A stretch of DNA of 64,000 nucleotides from Betaproteobacteria bacterium (GCA_050260395.1 JBLNCC010000086.1:71-64070), one strand, 5' to 3'; counted from the first letter of the stretch, positions 20,788 to 32,361 are shown. Translations and numbers: made by a program. Notes: generated by a model not told the origin, from the sequence alone.

Positions 20788-20969
20788 TAGCGGGGCTGCG
20801 TCGTGACGTAATCATGCGAGTCTGCGGCGCGTTCGGCGTTGCGAGGGCCGTCGTGTCAGACATCAGAAGGGACGACCCGCTTTTAGGGCGGCGGCGCCGA
20901 TACGTCTGCGCCGAGACGGGTCTTCAGCGACCCTCTGGCCGCGTGGGGCAGCAGCATGGGGGTGAGCGG

Positions 20970-21926
20970 GTGACATTCCAGGAGATGATCCGAAAGCTTG
21001 AAGAATACTGGTCGGCGCGGGGATGCGTGGTGCAGCAGCCTTACGACGTCGAGGTCGGGGCGGGTACCATGGCTCCGGCCACATTCCTGCGGGCCCTCGG
21101 GCCGGAACCCTGGAAGGTGGCGTACGTGCAACCATCGAGGCGGCCGGCGGACGCCCGGTACGGTGAGAATCCAAACCGCGTGTTCTTGCATCACCAGTAC
21201 CAAGTGATCCTGAAGCCCTCTCCTGAAGACGTGGTGGAGATGTACCTCGGCAGCCTCACCGACGCGCTCGGGATCGATCCGGTGGAGCACGACATAAGGT
21301 TCGTGGAGGACAACTGGGAGGCTCCAACCCTGGGCGCATGGGGGACAGGCTGGGAGGTGTGGCTCGACGGGATGGAGATCACTCAGTTTACATACTTTCA
21401 GCAGGTGGGCGGCATCGACACGCGTCCCGTCTCGGCAGAGATCACTTACGGCCTTGAGCGGCTCTGTATGTACCTGCAGGACGTGGACAACGTGTTCGAC
21501 CTTGCGTGGACTTCCGGCGTGACTTACGGGGAGATCCAGCGCCAGTTCGAGGTGGAGCACTCGAAATATGGATTCGAGCTCGCCGATGTACGTGCCCTCA
21601 ACCTTCTTTTCGACACCTATGAGGCCGAGGCCAAGCGGGGGCTCGACGAGGGCGTGGTGCTCCCTGCCTACGATTATGTCCTTAAGTGCTCCCACGTCTT
21701 CAACCTCCTCGACTCCCGCGGCGCTCTTGGGGTGAGTGAGCGAACGGCGTTCATCGCGCGGGTGAGGGCCCTTGCCAAGGCATGTGCCGAGGCGTACGTC
21801 CGGAGGCGGGAAAGCCTCGGCTTTCCGCTTATGGCGGCGTTCGGGGGCAGGCCGAAGGGCGCTGCGAGCGTGGGGAAGGGAGCCCAGGATCGGCGAGGGG
21901 GTGGTTCGGATGAGCATGGCCAGTGA
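20970..21926 (+). CDS. glyQ: Glycine--tRNA ligase alpha subunit
   Basis: [43 protein letters not shown]. Confidence 0.98.
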   Translation: MTFQEMIRKLEEYWSARGCVVQQPYDVEVGAGTMAPATFLRALGPEPWKVAYVQPSRRPADARYGENPNRVFLHHQYQVILKPSPEDVVEMYLGSLTDALGIDPVEHDIRFVEDNWEAPTLGAWGTGWEVWLDGMEITQFTYFQQVGGIDTRPVSAEITYGLERLCMYLQDVDNVFDLAWTSGVTYGEIQRQFEVEHSKYGFELADVRALNLLFDTYEAEAKRGLDEGVVLPAYDYVLKCSHVFNLLDSRGALGVSERTAFIARVRALAKACAEAYVRRRESLGFPLMAAFGGRPKGAASVGKGAQDRRGGGSDEHGQ

Positions 21927-24033
21927 GACGCCTCACGCGTCCGACCTCAGGGACGCTGTGCTCGAGATAGGCGCGGAAGAGATCCCGGCAAGGTTCCTGC
22001 CTGACGCGCTTGAGCAGCTCGAGCGCGAAGGGGAAAGGCTCCTTTCGGAGGAACGTGTGGCCTACGGAGCCGTGAAGGCCCTCGGCACACCCAGGAGGCT
22101 CGTGTTGTACGTCGAAGGAGTTGCGCCGATTGGGCCGCCCATGGTGCGCGAGACTAAAGGCCCGGCATACAACGTGGCTTTCGACGCTGCCGGAAATCCC
22201 ACCCGCGCTGCTGAAGGATTCGCACGGTCGCGGGGCGTGCGGGTGGACGACCTCATCATTAAGAAAGAACCCAAGGGCAAGTTCGTGTACGCGGTATCAC
22301 GAGAACCTGGGCGCCCGGCGAAGCAGGCGCTCGCGTCGGCGTTCCTTCGGCTCATAACGACCATGAGCTTTCCAAAGTCAATGAGATGGGGCGACCGGGA
22401 GTTTCGATTCGCGAGACCGATCCGCTGGATACTGGCGCTCTTTGGGGACGAGGTGGTCCCCTTTGAGGTGGATGGGATAAAGGCCGGCAGGTTGTCCTCT
22501 GGCCACAGGTTTCTAGCCAAGGGCATGCTCGAGGTGGCGAAGGCCGAGGACTACGTCGAGGCCTTGCGGGCGGCGTACTGCATGGTGGACCACCACGAGC
22601 GGCGGGACGCCATATCAAAGGGGGCCAGGGAGGCGGCGGAGGCAGCCGGCGGGAGGATCGTGGAAGACCCGGGCCTGCTGGAAGAGCTCACGTTTCTCGC
22701 CGAGCATCCCGTCCCGTTCGTGGGTCGCTTCGACCCGGACATCCTTCGCTTGCCCAGGGAGGTCATCGTCACCCCCATGCGTGACCACCAGCGCTATTTC
22801 CCGGTGGAGGACGGGGCCGGGAGACTCATGCCCGCGTTCGTCGCTGTTCGCGACGGCCTCCCGTCGCGGCTGGACGCCGTGCGGAGGGGAAACGAACGGG
22901 TGCTGGCCGCAAGGCTAGAGGACGCCAAGTTCTTCTATGAGGAAGATACGAAGGTTCCGCTGGAAAGACACATCGGGGGCCTCACGGGCATTGTGTTCCA
23001 TGAAGAGCTGGGCACCATGCTCGACAAGACCAGCCGCGTCGAGGAGCTTGCGACCGATATCGCAGACAGGCTCAGCTTTCCTTCGGATGCGCGCGCTGTG
23101 GTGGCGCGGGCGGCGAGGCTGTGCAAGGCCGACCTCGTGACACACATGGTGAAGGAGTTTCCTGAGCTGCAAGGGATTATGGGGGCCGAGTACGCCCGGG
23201 TCGGCGGGGAAGACGAAGGCGTGGCGCGCGCGATATTCGAGCATTACCTTCCGAGATTCGCGGGGGACAACCTTCCCGAGAGCCAGCCGGGGATAGCCCT
23301 CGCCCTCGCCGACAAGATGGACACCCTGGCCGGGTTCTTCGGCATCGGTATCCAGCCGTCGGGCTCCGAAGATCCGTTCGCTCTCAGGCGGCAGGTCGCG
23401 GGTGTTGTGAGTATCCTCCTGGAGCGGAAAGTGGGAGTCCCGGTGTCCTGGCTTGCGCTACGGTCCGCATCGCTGTTTGAGAGGGCCGGCGTTCTTAAGC
23501 TCCCGCCGGAGGAGGTGAGCGAGGCCATCCTGGATTTCGTGCGACAGCGCTTGCGATCCAGCCTCATCGACCGGGGCATACGCTACGATCTAGTCGACGC
23601 TGCCCTTGGGGCCGGCTTCGACGACGTGCCGGATGCACTTGTGCGTGCAGAGGCACTTGCGTACGCGAGCGGCACCGAAGAGTTCGGCCGGGCCGTCACC
23701 AGCTATACCCGGGCCTCTCGGATCGCAGGGACCGACGACCGCGGCGAGGTGACCGAGTCCATTCTGGGTGAACCGGCTGAAAGGGCGCTTTTCGCGGCGT
23801 ACCTGGACGCCCGAGACAAAGTCGGGGCCAGCGTCAGACAGGGTGACTACATAGGCGCTCTCGCGGCCATGGCTGCGCTGGCCGGCCCGATAGACGATTT
23901 CTTCCGTGAGGTCCTCGTGATGGCGGAGGACGAGTCGCTCAGGAGGAACAGGCTGGCGCTACTCGCACGCGTAGCGGGGCTTTCTCGGGGAATCGCTGAC
24001 CTCTCCAAGGTCGTCCAGGCTGAGGCGACCTGA
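21910..24033 (+). CDS. glyS: Glycine--tRNA ligase beta subunit
   Basis: [40 protein letters not shown]-terminal DALR domain. Confidence 0.97.
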   Translation: MSMASETPHASDLRDAVLEIGAEEIPARFLPDALEQLEREGERLLSEERVAYGAVKALGTPRRLVLYVEGVAPIGPPMVRETKGPAYNVAFDAAGNPTRAAEGFARSRGVRVDDLIIKKEPKGKFVYAVSREPGRPAKQALASAFLRLITTMSFPKSMRWGDREFRFARPIRWILALFGDEVVPFEVDGIKAGRLSSGHRFLAKGMLEVAKAEDYVEALRAAYCMVDHHERRDAISKGAREAAEAAGGRIVEDPGLLEELTFLAEHPVPFVGRFDPDILRLPREVIVTPMRDHQRYFPVEDGAGRLMPAFVAVRDGLPSRLDAVRRGNERVLAARLEDAKFFYEEDTKVPLERHIGGLTGIVFHEELGTMLDKTSRVEELATDIADRLSFPSDARAVVARAARLCKADLVTHMVKEFPELQGIMGAEYARVGGEDEGVARAIFEHYLPRFAGDNLPESQPGIALALADKMDTLAGFFGIGIQPSGSEDPFALRRQVAGVVSILLERKVGVPVSWLALRSASLFERAGVLKLPPEEVSEAILDFVRQRLRSSLIDRGIRYDLVDAALGAGFDDVPDALVRAEALAYASGTEEFGRAVTSYTRASRIAGTDDRGEVTESILGEPAERALFAAYLDARDKVGASVRQGDYIGALAAMAALAGPIDDFFREVLVMAEDESLRRNRLALLARVAGLSRGIADLSKVVQAEAT

Positions 24034-24169
24034 GGGTCCAGGAGTAGGTAGGATGATGCGATGTGCGGGCCCGCCCGCAGCGCAAGTCCTGGCGGGGGAC
24101 GAAGCGGAAGGCGGCGCTCGTGCCATACCACACGATCGAGAGTCACGAACGAAGGAGGTTGAACCATTC

Positions 24170-26872
24170 ATGGCCAAAAAGTACGTCTACTTTTTCGGCA
24201 ATGGCAAGGCTGAGGGCGGCAAGGACATGCGAAACCTTCTTGGCGGCAAAGGTGCGGGCTTATCCGAGATGACGAACCTTGGCATACCTGTACCGCCCGG
24301 GTTCACCATCACGACCGAGGTGTGCTCGTTTTACTATGAGAAAGACAGGCAGTACCCGCCTGAGCTTACCGAGCAGATCCGGGAGAACCTCAAGAAGCTC
24401 GAAGATGCGATGGGCCTCAAGTTCGGCGACCGCGAGCGGCCGCTCCTCGTATCCGTAAGGTCGGGAGCCAGGGTGTCCATGCCTGGTATGATGGACACCG
24501 TGCTCAACCTGGGGCTCAACGACGAGACTGTGAAGGGTCTCATCAAGCTTACGGGGAACGAGCGCTTTGCCTATGACGCGTACCGCAGGTTCGTCCAGAT
24601 GTTCGGGAACGTGGTCCTGGGCGTGTCCCATGATGACTTCGAAGAGATCCTCGAGGCGAAGAAGAAGGAGCTCGGGGTGCGTCTGGATACCGAGCTCGAC
24701 GCGGCAGCCCTCAAGGATGTGGTGAAGTCCTTCAAAGCACGCATCCGCGAGAAAAAGGGCATCGACTTCCCCGATGATCCCATGAAACAACTGGAAATGG
24801 CACGCGACGCAGTGTTCGGTTCCTGGAACAACCCGCGTGCCATAACCTACCGTAAGATCCACAACATACCCGGCAACTGGGGCACTGCCGTTAACGTCCA
24901 GGCGATGGTGTTCGGGAACATGGGCGAGAACTCCGGGACGGGGGTTGCCTTCACTAGAGACCCCGCGACCGGCGAAAAGAAGTACTACGGCGAGTATCTG
25001 AAGAACGCGCAAGGCGAGGACGTGGTGGCTGGCATTAGGACCCCGAAACCCATCTCCGAGCTGGAGAAGGAAATGCCGGAGGTCTACAAGCAGCTTTGCG
25101 GCATCTTCGAGAAGCTGGAGCGGCACTACCGGGACATGCAGGATGTGGAGTTCACGATTCAGGAAGGCAAGCTCTTCATGCTGCAAACGCGCTCGGGAAA
25201 GCGCACGGCTGCGGCTGCCGTTAAGATCGCCGTGGACATGGTGAAGGAAGGCCTCATAACGAAGGAAGAAGCCATCATGCGCGTTGAGCCCTCTCAGCTC
25301 GACACGCTCCTGCATAAGATGATAGACCCCAAGGCCAAGGTGCGGGTCATCGCGACGGGCGTGGCTGCCTCCCCAGGCGCCGCAGTGGGCGCGGTGGTGT
25401 TCACCGCTGACGACGCGGCGTCGCGCGGCGCGGCGGGAGAGAAAGTCATCCTGGTCAGGAAGGAGACGTCGCCGGATGACATCCACGGCATGGCCGCTGC
25501 CCAGGGCATTCTGACGAGCAGGGGCGGCAAGACCAGCCACGCGGCGGTTGTCGCGCGCGGCATGGGGACGCCTGCGGTCACGGGTTGCGAGGCCATCACC
25601 GTTGTCGAGGCGCAGAAGCTGTTCCGCGTGGGGGACGTGGTCGTGAAGGAGGGTGACATCATAACCCTTGACGGCACCAACGGAAGGGTCATTCTCGGCC
25701 AGGCGCCGCTGGTGGACCCGACCATAGGCGGGGACTTTGCGACGCTCATGGAGTGGGCTGACGAGATAAAGAGCCTCGGCGTGAGAGCTAACGCCGATAC
25801 CCCCCACGACGCCGAGGCGGCGCTCAAGTTCGGTGCGAAGGGCATCGGGCTGTGTCGGACCGAGCATATGTTCTTCGGTGAGGAACGCGTGCCGGTCGTG
25901 CAGGAGATGATCCTGGCTGAGACCACAGAGGCGAGGCGTGCGGCGCTCGACAAGTTGCTGCCGTTCCAGGTGGAGGACTTCCGGGGAATCCTCAAGGCCA
26001 TGGCGGGGTATCCTGTGATCATCAGGCTCCTCGACCCGCCGCTCCATGAGTTCCTGCCGAGCCACGAAGAGCTGCTCGTGGAGGTCACGAAGATGAAACT
26101 CCAGGGCGGTGATCCGGAAGAGCTCAAGAAGAAAGAGGAGCTTCTCACGCGCGTGGATAGGCTTCGTGAGCTCAACCCCATGCTCGGGCACAGGGGATGC
26201 AGGCTCGGCGTGACCTATCCCGAGATCAATGAGATGCAGGCGAGGGCCATCTTTGAGGCCGCTTGCGAGCTGACCAAGGAAGGGTACAAAGTTTACCCAG
26301 AGGTTATGATCCCCGTTGTAGGGCACGTGAGGGAGATCGAGATAGCTCGCGAAGTCGTGGACCGGGTCGCCAAGGAGACCATGGAAAGGCACGGCGTCAA
26401 GATCGAGTACATGGTTGGCACGATGATCGAGCTTCCGAGGGCCGCTCTCACTGCTGATGAGATCGCTAAGGAAGCCCAGTTCTTCTCCTTCGGCACCAAC
26501 GACCTCACCCAGACGACCTTCGGTTTCTCGCGGGACGATGCCGAGGGCAAATTCCTGCCGTACTATCTCGAGCATAACGTGCTGGAGCACAACCCATTCG
26601 AGATCCTCGACAGGAAGGGCGTCGGCGAACTAATCAAGATAGCCGTCGAGCGGGGGAAGCGGACCAGGCCCGAGCTTGAGGTGGGCATCTGCGGAGAACA
26701 CGGCGGGGAGCCTTCATCTGTCGAGTTCTGCCACGACGTCGGCCTCGACTATGTGAGCTGCTCACCGTTCCGCGTCCCCATCGCGAGGCTCGCGGCGGCC
26801 CAGGCTGAAATAAAGAATCCTCGTAAAGCCAAGGGCAAGGCCGGCCACACCGAGGAATACACCACCGCCTGA
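24170..26872 (+). CDS. ppdK: Pyruvate, phosphate dikinase
   Basis: LLGGKGA, SMPGMMDT, TSHAAVVAR phospho-His motif, GLCRTEHMF, SFGTNDLTQ, GICGEHGG. Confidence 0.98.
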   Translation: MAKKYVYFFGNGKAEGGKDMRNLLGGKGAGLSEMTNLGIPVPPGFTITTEVCSFYYEKDRQYPPELTEQIRENLKKLEDAMGLKFGDRERPLLVSVRSGARVSMPGMMDTVLNLGLNDETVKGLIKLTGNERFAYDAYRRFVQMFGNVVLGVSHDDFEEILEAKKKELGVRLDTELDAAALKDVVKSFKARIREKKGIDFPDDPMKQLEMARDAVFGSWNNPRAITYRKIHNIPGNWGTAVNVQAMVFGNMGENSGTGVAFTRDPATGEKKYYGEYLKNAQGEDVVAGIRTPKPISELEKEMPEVYKQLCGIFEKLERHYRDMQDVEFTIQEGKLFMLQTRSGKRTAAAAVKIAVDMVKEGLITKEEAIMRVEPSQLDTLLHKMIDPKAKVRVIATGVAASPGAAVGAVVFTADDAASRGAAGEKVILVRKETSPDDIHGMAAAQGILTSRGGKTSHAAVVARGMGTPAVTGCEAITVVEAQKLFRVGDVVVKEGDIITLDGTNGRVILGQAPLVDPTIGGDFATLMEWADEIKSLGVRANADTPHDAEAALKFGAKGIGLCRTEHMFFGEERVPVVQEMILAETTEARRAALDKLLPFQVEDFRGILKAMAGYPVIIRLLDPPLHEFLPSHEELLVEVTKMKLQGGDPEELKKKEELLTRVDRLRELNPMLGHRGCRLGVTYPEINEMQARAIFEAACELTKEGYKVYPEVMIPVVGHVREIEIAREVVDRVAKETMERHGVKIEYMVGTMIELPRAALTADEIAKEAQFFSFGTNDLTQTTFGFSRDDAEGKFLPYYLEHNVLEHNPFEILDRKGVGELIKIAVERGKRTRPELEVGICGEHGGEPSSVEFCHDVGLDYVSCSPFRVPIARLAAAQAEIKNPRKAKGKAGHTEEYTTA

Positions 26873-27233
26873 CCCGGAGCTCCTCGCGCGAGCATGCCAC
26901 CGCCACCGGTGGGCGGCTGCGACATGCCGTTGAGCCGCTGTGGCGGATGCGGCGCCGCGAAGAGGGGGCCGGCTCTGTAGGCTGAAAGAAGGCCATGAAC
27001 GCTGAAAGGTGCCCCCGAGAGCGCCTGAAGGAAGACGCTCGCGGGGGCACCCGCGATCCGGGCTCTCGCGGCCGAGAGGCACAAGACCGGCCTTGCTTCA
27101 GCAGGGGCCGCGCGCGGTTGTCGCACGCGACTGAATTGTCGGGCATATACTGCTTCAAGTATGATATACTATCAGATATACGAACATGTGGTCTGGTGGA
27201 GCGCCAATTCGGGCGCGAAATCTTAACCCCCAG

Positions 27234-27260
27234 GAAGGATTCTGACGAGATCCGTCGAAT
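27234..27260 (+). promoter_or_regulatory. SigH-type promoter upstream of dnaG-sigA
   Basis: GAAGGATTC-N11-GTCGAAT. A second, AGAGGAAAA-N11-GGCGAAA, lies at 27369-27395. Confidence 0.55.
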
Positions 27261-27453
27261 CCTGTGTCTCAGTCTTCGTCCAGTTCAGCGCCATATCGTG
27301 AGATTGCCGCTGCCCGCACGCCCAGGCAATAGCGAGATGCCTTTCTGTGGCGAGTGAAGCCTGGCAAAAGAGGAAAAACGCCTGTAGTGGCGAAAGAGGA
27401 ACTACGAGAGACGTGTGCCGTTAATCTGTGGTGTGGCAAGGAGAACAGGCGTA

Positions 27454-29385
27454 ATGCGCGGCTACAGCGAAGACGTTCTTAACGAGGTCCGCGCAAAAAG
27501 CGATATCGTCGAGGTGATATCCGGGTACGTCGCGCTGAAGCAGGCTGGTAGGACTTACAAAGCTTTGTGCCCGTTTCACGCGGAAAAGACACCGTCGTTT
27601 GTGGTCTCGCCTGAGAAGCAGTTGTTCCACTGTTTCGGGTGCGGCGCGGGCGGTGACGTTTTCAGTTTCGTGATGAAAGCAGAGAATGTGGACTTCGCCG
27701 AGGCGGTCAGGATCCTTGCAGACAGGGCCGGCGTCGCTCTTGTGGCGTCGTCGCAGGAAGCTCGGGAAGCGCAGGAGAGGCGGGCAGCCGTATACGACGC
27801 GAACGAGGCTGCATGCGAGTATTTCCAGCAGGTGCTTGCGGGAAGCCCGGAAGCGGAGAGTGCGCGGGCCTATCTGAGAAAGCGTGGCCTTTCAGAGGAG
27901 ACCGTCAGGAAGTTCAGGCTTGGGTTTGCCCTGCCATCTTGGGATGCCCTCTTGAGGGTTCTCACGAGGAAGAAGATCGCGAAAGAAGTCCTTCTCGACG
28001 CCGGGCTGGTTATCCCAGGGAAGGAGCCTGGGAGCTGTTACGACAGGTTCAGGGCAAGGCTGATGTTCCCAATAAGCGACCCATCGGGGAAAGTGATAGG
28101 GTTCGGGGGACGAGTGATCGACGATTCCGTGCCCAAGTACCTGAATTCCCCGGAGACCGTGTTGTTCAAGAAAGGAAGGAACCTGTACGCGCTTCACCTC
28201 GCAAAAGACGCTATGCGCAGGGAATCTGCGGCGGTTGTAGTGGAGGGTTACATGGACGCCATCACCGCGCATCAGCACGGTTTCGCTCATGTCGTCGCCT
28301 CGCTGGGCACGGCCCTTACCGAGGAGCAAGCGAGGACGCTCCGGCGCTACGTGCCTGGTGTGGTGATCGCGTACGATGCTGACGCGGCGGGTGCAGCTGC
28401 AACCCTGCGGGGCATGGAGATTCTAGCCGGGGCGGGTCTCGCTGTGCGGGTGGCGACCCTGCCCACCGGAGAAGATCCCGATGCGACGCTCAGAAGGGGC
28501 GGGGAAGCGGCCTTCGCCCAGGTGCTCGCGGGGGCGAGGCCGCTCATAGATTACAGGCTGCACGTGGCCATCTTGAACGTGGACCGTGGAACGACCGAGG
28601 GAAAGGTGCGCGCGGCACGCGAGGCCGCACGTGTGCTCGCTAGTGTGAAAAGCGCCGTCGAGCGCAGCGAATACACGCGCAAAGTCGCGGCCTGGCTGGA
28701 GATAGACCCAGATGCCCTCAGCAAGGATGTGGAGACACTTGTCAGGGCTGGAGGCCTTCGCGTGAGGAGGCTGGGGCCGGGCGGAGCGGGCGGAGGAGCG
28801 GCTGGAGCCTCTTTGGGGCCCGAGACGCTGAGGGGAGACGCGGATAGAAACGCCGGAAGCAGGTATACTAAGTCAAAGGATGATATTCCCAGATCAGGCG
28901 AGATGATGAAAGTCCTGGAAGCCGAGAAGATCCTTCTCAGGCTCATGGCCGAGAACAGGAAGGTCCAGGCCGCGGTGCTGTCGGAGGTCGGGACCGACGG
29001 TTTCCATGATCCCAGGCACCAGAAGATAGCTCGGGCGGTGGTAGAACAGACGGCCGGCTTGCGCGACGAGGATGAGGGTCGGCCCGCTGTTGAGCCATCG
29101 AAAGTCATAGCTGTGCTCGAGGATGACGAAACCCGCAGGTACGCCGCTGGTGTATTCCTCGGACAGGCCGGGGACGACCGCGGGGATCCAGCGAGAATGG
29201 CTGAGGATTGCCTCAGCGTCTTGCGGGAGCACGCCATTAGGGAGAGGATCCGCGAGATCGAGCGCGAACTCGCGTCCCTCGGTGAGGTGGGGCAGGTGGA
29301 GAGGGCGCGGGACCTGCTCGCGGAGCTTGGAAGCCTGAGGGCGAGGCTTTCAAGGGAATTCCAGCCCTTTTCGGGGATCGGCTAG
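27454..29385 (+). CDS. dnaG: DNA primase
   Basis: Zinc finger [38 protein letters not shown] and YDADAAG. Confidence 0.97.
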   Translation: MRGYSEDVLNEVRAKSDIVEVISGYVALKQAGRTYKALCPFHAEKTPSFVVSPEKQLFHCFGCGAGGDVFSFVMKAENVDFAEAVRILADRAGVALVASSQEAREAQERRAAVYDANEAACEYFQQVLAGSPEAESARAYLRKRGLSEETVRKFRLGFALPSWDALLRVLTRKKIAKEVLLDAGLVIPGKEPGSCYDRFRARLMFPISDPSGKVIGFGGRVIDDSVPKYLNSPETVLFKKGRNLYALHLAKDAMRRESAAVVVEGYMDAITAHQHGFAHVVASLGTALTEEQARTLRRYVPGVVIAYDADAAGAAATLRGMEILAGAGLAVRVATLPTGEDPDATLRRGGEAAFAQVLAGARPLIDYRLHVAILNVDRGTTEGKVRAAREAARVLASVKSAVERSEYTRKVAAWLEIDPDALSKDVETLVRAGGLRVRRLGPGGAGGGAAGASLGPETLRGDADRNAGSRYTKSKDDIPRSGEMMKVLEAEKILLRLMAENRKVQAAVLSEVGTDGFHDPRHQKIARAVVEQTAGLRDEDEGRPAVEPSKVIAVLEDDETRRYAAGVFLGQAGDDRGDPARMAEDCLSVLREHAIRERIREIERELASLGEVGQVERARDLLAELGSLRARLSREFQPFSGIG

Positions 29386-29494
29386 GGGGCGAGACCAAGT
29401 CCGAGCGTGTCGCAGCGCTGGGCGGCGGCCGCCCTGTCGAGATTCAACTGGCACGACCGGCGGCGTATCCGGCGGCTGGGGATGGAAAGGAGGG

Positions 29495-30637
29495 ATGACG
29501 ATGACGAAGCCTGGGCAGCCTGACGTGCCCGAGCTCAAAGAGCTTATCGAACGTGGCAAAAGAAAGGGCATGCTGACGTACAGGGAGATAATGGATGCGC
29601 TTCAGAACGTCGAGCTTTCTCCCGAACAAATCGACGACATATACGAAGCCCTCGGCCAAATGGGCATAGATGTTCTGCCGGAGCCCGGAGATGGAGAGGC
29701 GGCGGAGGTGGCTGAAGAGGGCGTGGTCCCTGAGGGGCCGGATGGGGCTGACGGGGATGCGGTGCCTCGTGAAGACGTGGACTTTGACCTTTCCATTCCC
29801 GAGGGCATCAGCGTGGACGACCCAGTCAGGATGTACCTCAAGGAGATCGGGAGGGTCCCGCTTCTTACGGCCGAGGAAGAAGTAGAGCTGGCGAAACGAA
29901 TCGAAAAGGGCGACGAACAGGCGAAGCGCAGGCTCGCCGAGGCAAACCTCCGGCTTGTGGTCAGTATCGCCAAGCGTTACGTCGGTCGCGGGATGCTCTT
30001 CCTCGATCTCATACAGGAGGGGAACCTTGGCCTTTTGAAGGCTGTCGAGAAGTTTGATTACCGCAAAGGGTACAAGTTCAGCACTTACGCGACCTGGTGG
30101 ATCCGGCAGGCCATAACTCGGGCCATAGCCGACCAGGCAAGGACCATACGGATTCCCGTCCACATGGTGGAGACCATCAACAAGCTGGTGAGAGTGCAAA
30201 GGCAGCTCGTGCAGGAGTACGGCCGGGAGCCCACCATAGAGGAAACGGCCAAGGCCATGGACATGAGCGAGGACAAGGTCAGGGAGATCATGAAGGTCGC
30301 GCAGGAGCCTGTGTCCCTCGAGACGCCGATCGGTGAGGAAGAGGACAGCCATCTGGGGGACTTCATCGAGGATGAGGACGTGATGGCTCCCGCGGATGCG
30401 GTCTCCTTCCATCTTCTCAAGGAACAACTCGAGGATGTCCTCGACACGCTGTCTCCGAGAGAGGAGAAGGTGCTCCGATTGCGTTTCGGCCTCGACGACG
30501 GCCGGTCGCGAACCCTGGAGGAGGTCGGACAGGTCTTCGGCGTGACCCGTGAGAGGATCCGCCAGATTGAGGCGAAGGCCCTGAGGAAACTGAGGCATCC
30601 GAGCCGGAGCAAGAAGCTCAAGGATTACCTTGAGTAA
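29495..30637 (+). CDS. rpoD: Primary sigma factor RpoD/SigA
   Basis: [55 protein letters not shown]. Confidence 0.98.
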   Translation: MTMTKPGQPDVPELKELIERGKRKGMLTYREIMDALQNVELSPEQIDDIYEALGQMGIDVLPEPGDGEAAEVAEEGVVPEGPDGADGDAVPREDVDFDLSIPEGISVDDPVRMYLKEIGRVPLLTAEEEVELAKRIEKGDEQAKRRLAEANLRLVVSIAKRYVGRGMLFLDLIQEGNLGLLKAVEKFDYRKGYKFSTYATWWIRQAITRAIADQARTIRIPVHMVETINKLVRVQRQLVQEYGREPTIEETAKAMDMSEDKVREIMKVAQEPVSLETPIGEEEDSHLGDFIEDEDVMAPADAVSFHLLKEQLEDVLDTLSPREEKVLRLRFGLDDGRSRTLEEVGQVFGVTRERIRQIEAKALRKLRHPSRSKKLKDYLE

Positions 30638-30686
30638 ACCCTGGAGCGGGATGGAGGCGGCGCGCGGATTTCGCGACGCTGGCCTC

Positions 30687-30715
30687 TTGACCGGACGGGG
30701 TCGCTTGTGTATAAT
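30687..30715 (+). promoter_or_regulatory. SigA promoter of the tRNA pair
   Basis: TTGACC-N17-TATAAT. Confidence 0.75.
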
Positions 30716-30737
30716 TGCGATGTAAGTGAAGTTTTGC

Positions 30738-30812
30738 TCCCTGGTAGCTCAATGGCAGAGCGGCCGGCTGTTAACCGGTAGGTTGCAGGTTCGAGTCCTG
30801 CCCAGGGAGCCA
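30738..30812 (+). tRNA. tRNA-Asn(GTT)
   Basis: Cloverleaf TCCCTGG...CCAGGGA-GCCA, anticodon loop CTGTTAA, T-loop GTTCGAG. Confidence 0.96.
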
Positions 30813-30818
30813 GAATTC

Positions 30819-30893
30819 GGGCCTATAGCTCAGCGGTAGAGCAACCGGCTCATAACCGGTCGGTCCCTGGTTCGAACCCAGGTGGGCCCACCA
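30819..30893 (+). tRNA. tRNA with CAT anticodon, most likely tRNA-Ile2 (lysidine)
   Basis: GGGCCTATAGCTCAG...CTCATAA...GTTCGAA...GGGCCCACCA. The acceptor stem is Ile-type, not fMet-type. Confidence 0.88.
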
Positions 30894-30900
30894 GGATCTC

Positions 30901-30927
30901 AAAGCGGGCGGTGTTCGCCCGCTTTCC
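30901..30927 (+). terminator. Terminator after the tRNAs
   Basis: AAAGCGGGCG-gtgtt-CGCCCGCTTT. Confidence 0.7.
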
Positions 30928-31101
30928 ATATTTTGCGATGGCGTTAGCTCCGTTGCACCGCGACGCGGCGAGAACGTGAATGCCTGCGCGGGCCGTCCGA
31001 CCTTGTGTGGAGCACCACGGCGGCGCTGTCGGAGGATGCGAGGGTGACAGTGCTGAGGGTGTGATGAACCGCTTGGAACCTTGTGGGACCTTGGGCGTCG
31101 T

Positions 31102-31128
31102 GCAGGAACTGAAAGTCTGGTGTAGAAA
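31102..31128 (+). promoter_or_regulatory. SigH-like promoter upstream of the DksA-like zinc finger gene
   Basis: GCAGGAACT-N11-GTAGAAA. Confidence 0.4.
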
Positions 31129-31264
31129 TAACTATAGTACCGAAAGTATCGAAAAAGCAAAGCCCGTGCCTGCCGGGGCCTTGTTCGCTGGCACAAACGC
31201 TCCGGCATCGGGGTCTTGAGGCCAAGTGGGAACGGCAGACCGGAGGAGAAAGGGGCCCAGAAGG

Positions 31265-31447
31265 ATGGTCGTGAAGTGCGAGATATGTGGCAAGGTCATC
31301 CCAAAGGCAAGGCTCGAGATTCTGCCGACGACGAAGAGATGCGTTGAGTGCGCGAAGAAAAACGGTACGGACGTGCAGGCCAAACGCACCGAAGTGGGCA
31401 TGGACATCGAAACGTATAAGGACCTGTTGGGGGCGATAAGAAGCTAG
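31265..31447 (+). CDS. Small TraR/DksA C4-type zinc finger protein
   Basis: CEICGKVIPKARLEILPTTKRCVEC. Confidence 0.8.
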   Translation: MVVKCEICGKVIPKARLEILPTTKRCVECAKKNGTDVQAKRTEVGMDIETYKDLLGAIRS

Positions 31448-31506
31448 GGTGGAGCCGCGCATGATGTCGCTCCCTTCAGGGTTCACATGATAACGCGAAG
31501 GGAATA

Positions 31507-32226
31507 ATGGCGATGACCGAAATACAGTTGCTCCTTGAGCTCCAGCACCTGGACATGCAGATACGGCAGCTGGAAAAGGCGCTTGCGGAGTTGCCTATCC
31601 GGAAGGAAATCGAGAACCTCGAGGCGGCTCTTGAAACGCTGCGCGCAAGCCTCTCCGATGTGAACGCGAGGCTTGCGCGTATTCGTAAGGAGCAGAAAGA
31701 GGCCGAGTGGAGCCTCAAGGAAACGGCGGGAGCGATTGAGTCGATCTCGGGAAAGCTTTATGGGGGTGCGGTCATGAATCCCAGGGAGATCGAAGGAATG
31801 CAGGGCAAACTCAGGATGCTGGAGGCAGGGAAGGCTCAGCTGGAGGACCGCATCATCGCTCACATGGAGGAGATCGAAACCCTCGAGTCCAGAGAGAAGA
31901 CCCTGAGCCGTGAGATCGCAGAGGCCGCATCGAGGTTGGATGTATTGCACAACACCCGGGACGTCAAGGTATCCGAGATTGAGGCCGAGATATCCGATGT
32001 CTCGGGACGGCGTGAGGCCCTGGCTGCCAAGATATCAGCCGGCGTCCTCGCCAGGTATGAGCAGCTCGCGAAGGACAAGGGAGGTTTGGCGGTAGCCCCA
32101 GTCAAGGATGGGATCTGCGGCGGATGCCATGTGGTCCTGCCGACGTTCCTTGTGGCTCGGGCCAGGCCCAACGACCAGGTCGTGAAGTGCGAGAGCTGCG
32201 GCAGAATCCTCTGCTGGGTTGGGTGA
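31507..32226 (+). CDS. Coiled-coil protein with a C-terminal C4 zinc ribbon (DUF164/CT398-like)
   Basis: LQHLD N-terminus, long heptad repeat, CGGC...CESCGRIL. Confidence 0.85.
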   Translation: MAMTEIQLLLELQHLDMQIRQLEKALAELPIRKEIENLEAALETLRASLSDVNARLARIRKEQKEAEWSLKETAGAIESISGKLYGGAVMNPREIEGMQGKLRMLEAGKAQLEDRIIAHMEEIETLESREKTLSREIAEAASRLDVLHNTRDVKVSEIEAEISDVSGRREALAAKISAGVLARYEQLAKDKGGLAVAPVKDGICGGCHVVLPTFLVARARPNDQVVKCESCGRILCWVG

Positions 32227-32361
32227 GCCCCGGCCCCAGTCGCGACTCGTGATTCTGGGGTGGAGGTTCGATGGGCTCAGCGCGCGTCTTCCAACCGGAA
32301 GACGGCGGCGAGGACGCGGCGCCGGGCGGGCAGAGGCAAAAGGGCGTTAGGGGGGGGCACG

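Noticed and set aside
24260-26590. 776-aa antisense ORF opposite ppdK, and similar long antisense ORFs (56463-58490, 34194-35729, 9034-10233, 29444-30598, 46818-47984)
   Set aside because: These are shadow ORFs of high-GC codon usage on the strand opposite well-supported genes. They have no motifs or RBS.
31130-31260. Possible c-di-GMP-I riboswitch (GAAA hairpin followed by GCAAAGC)
   Set aside because: It lacks the GGCAAAC 5' element and the paired P1 stem. The resemblance is only partial.
30738-31260. tRNA-anchored genomic island
   Set aside because: No integrase and no duplicated tRNA 3' end were seen. The downstream genes are the usual zinc-ribbon/rnhA/rnpB block.
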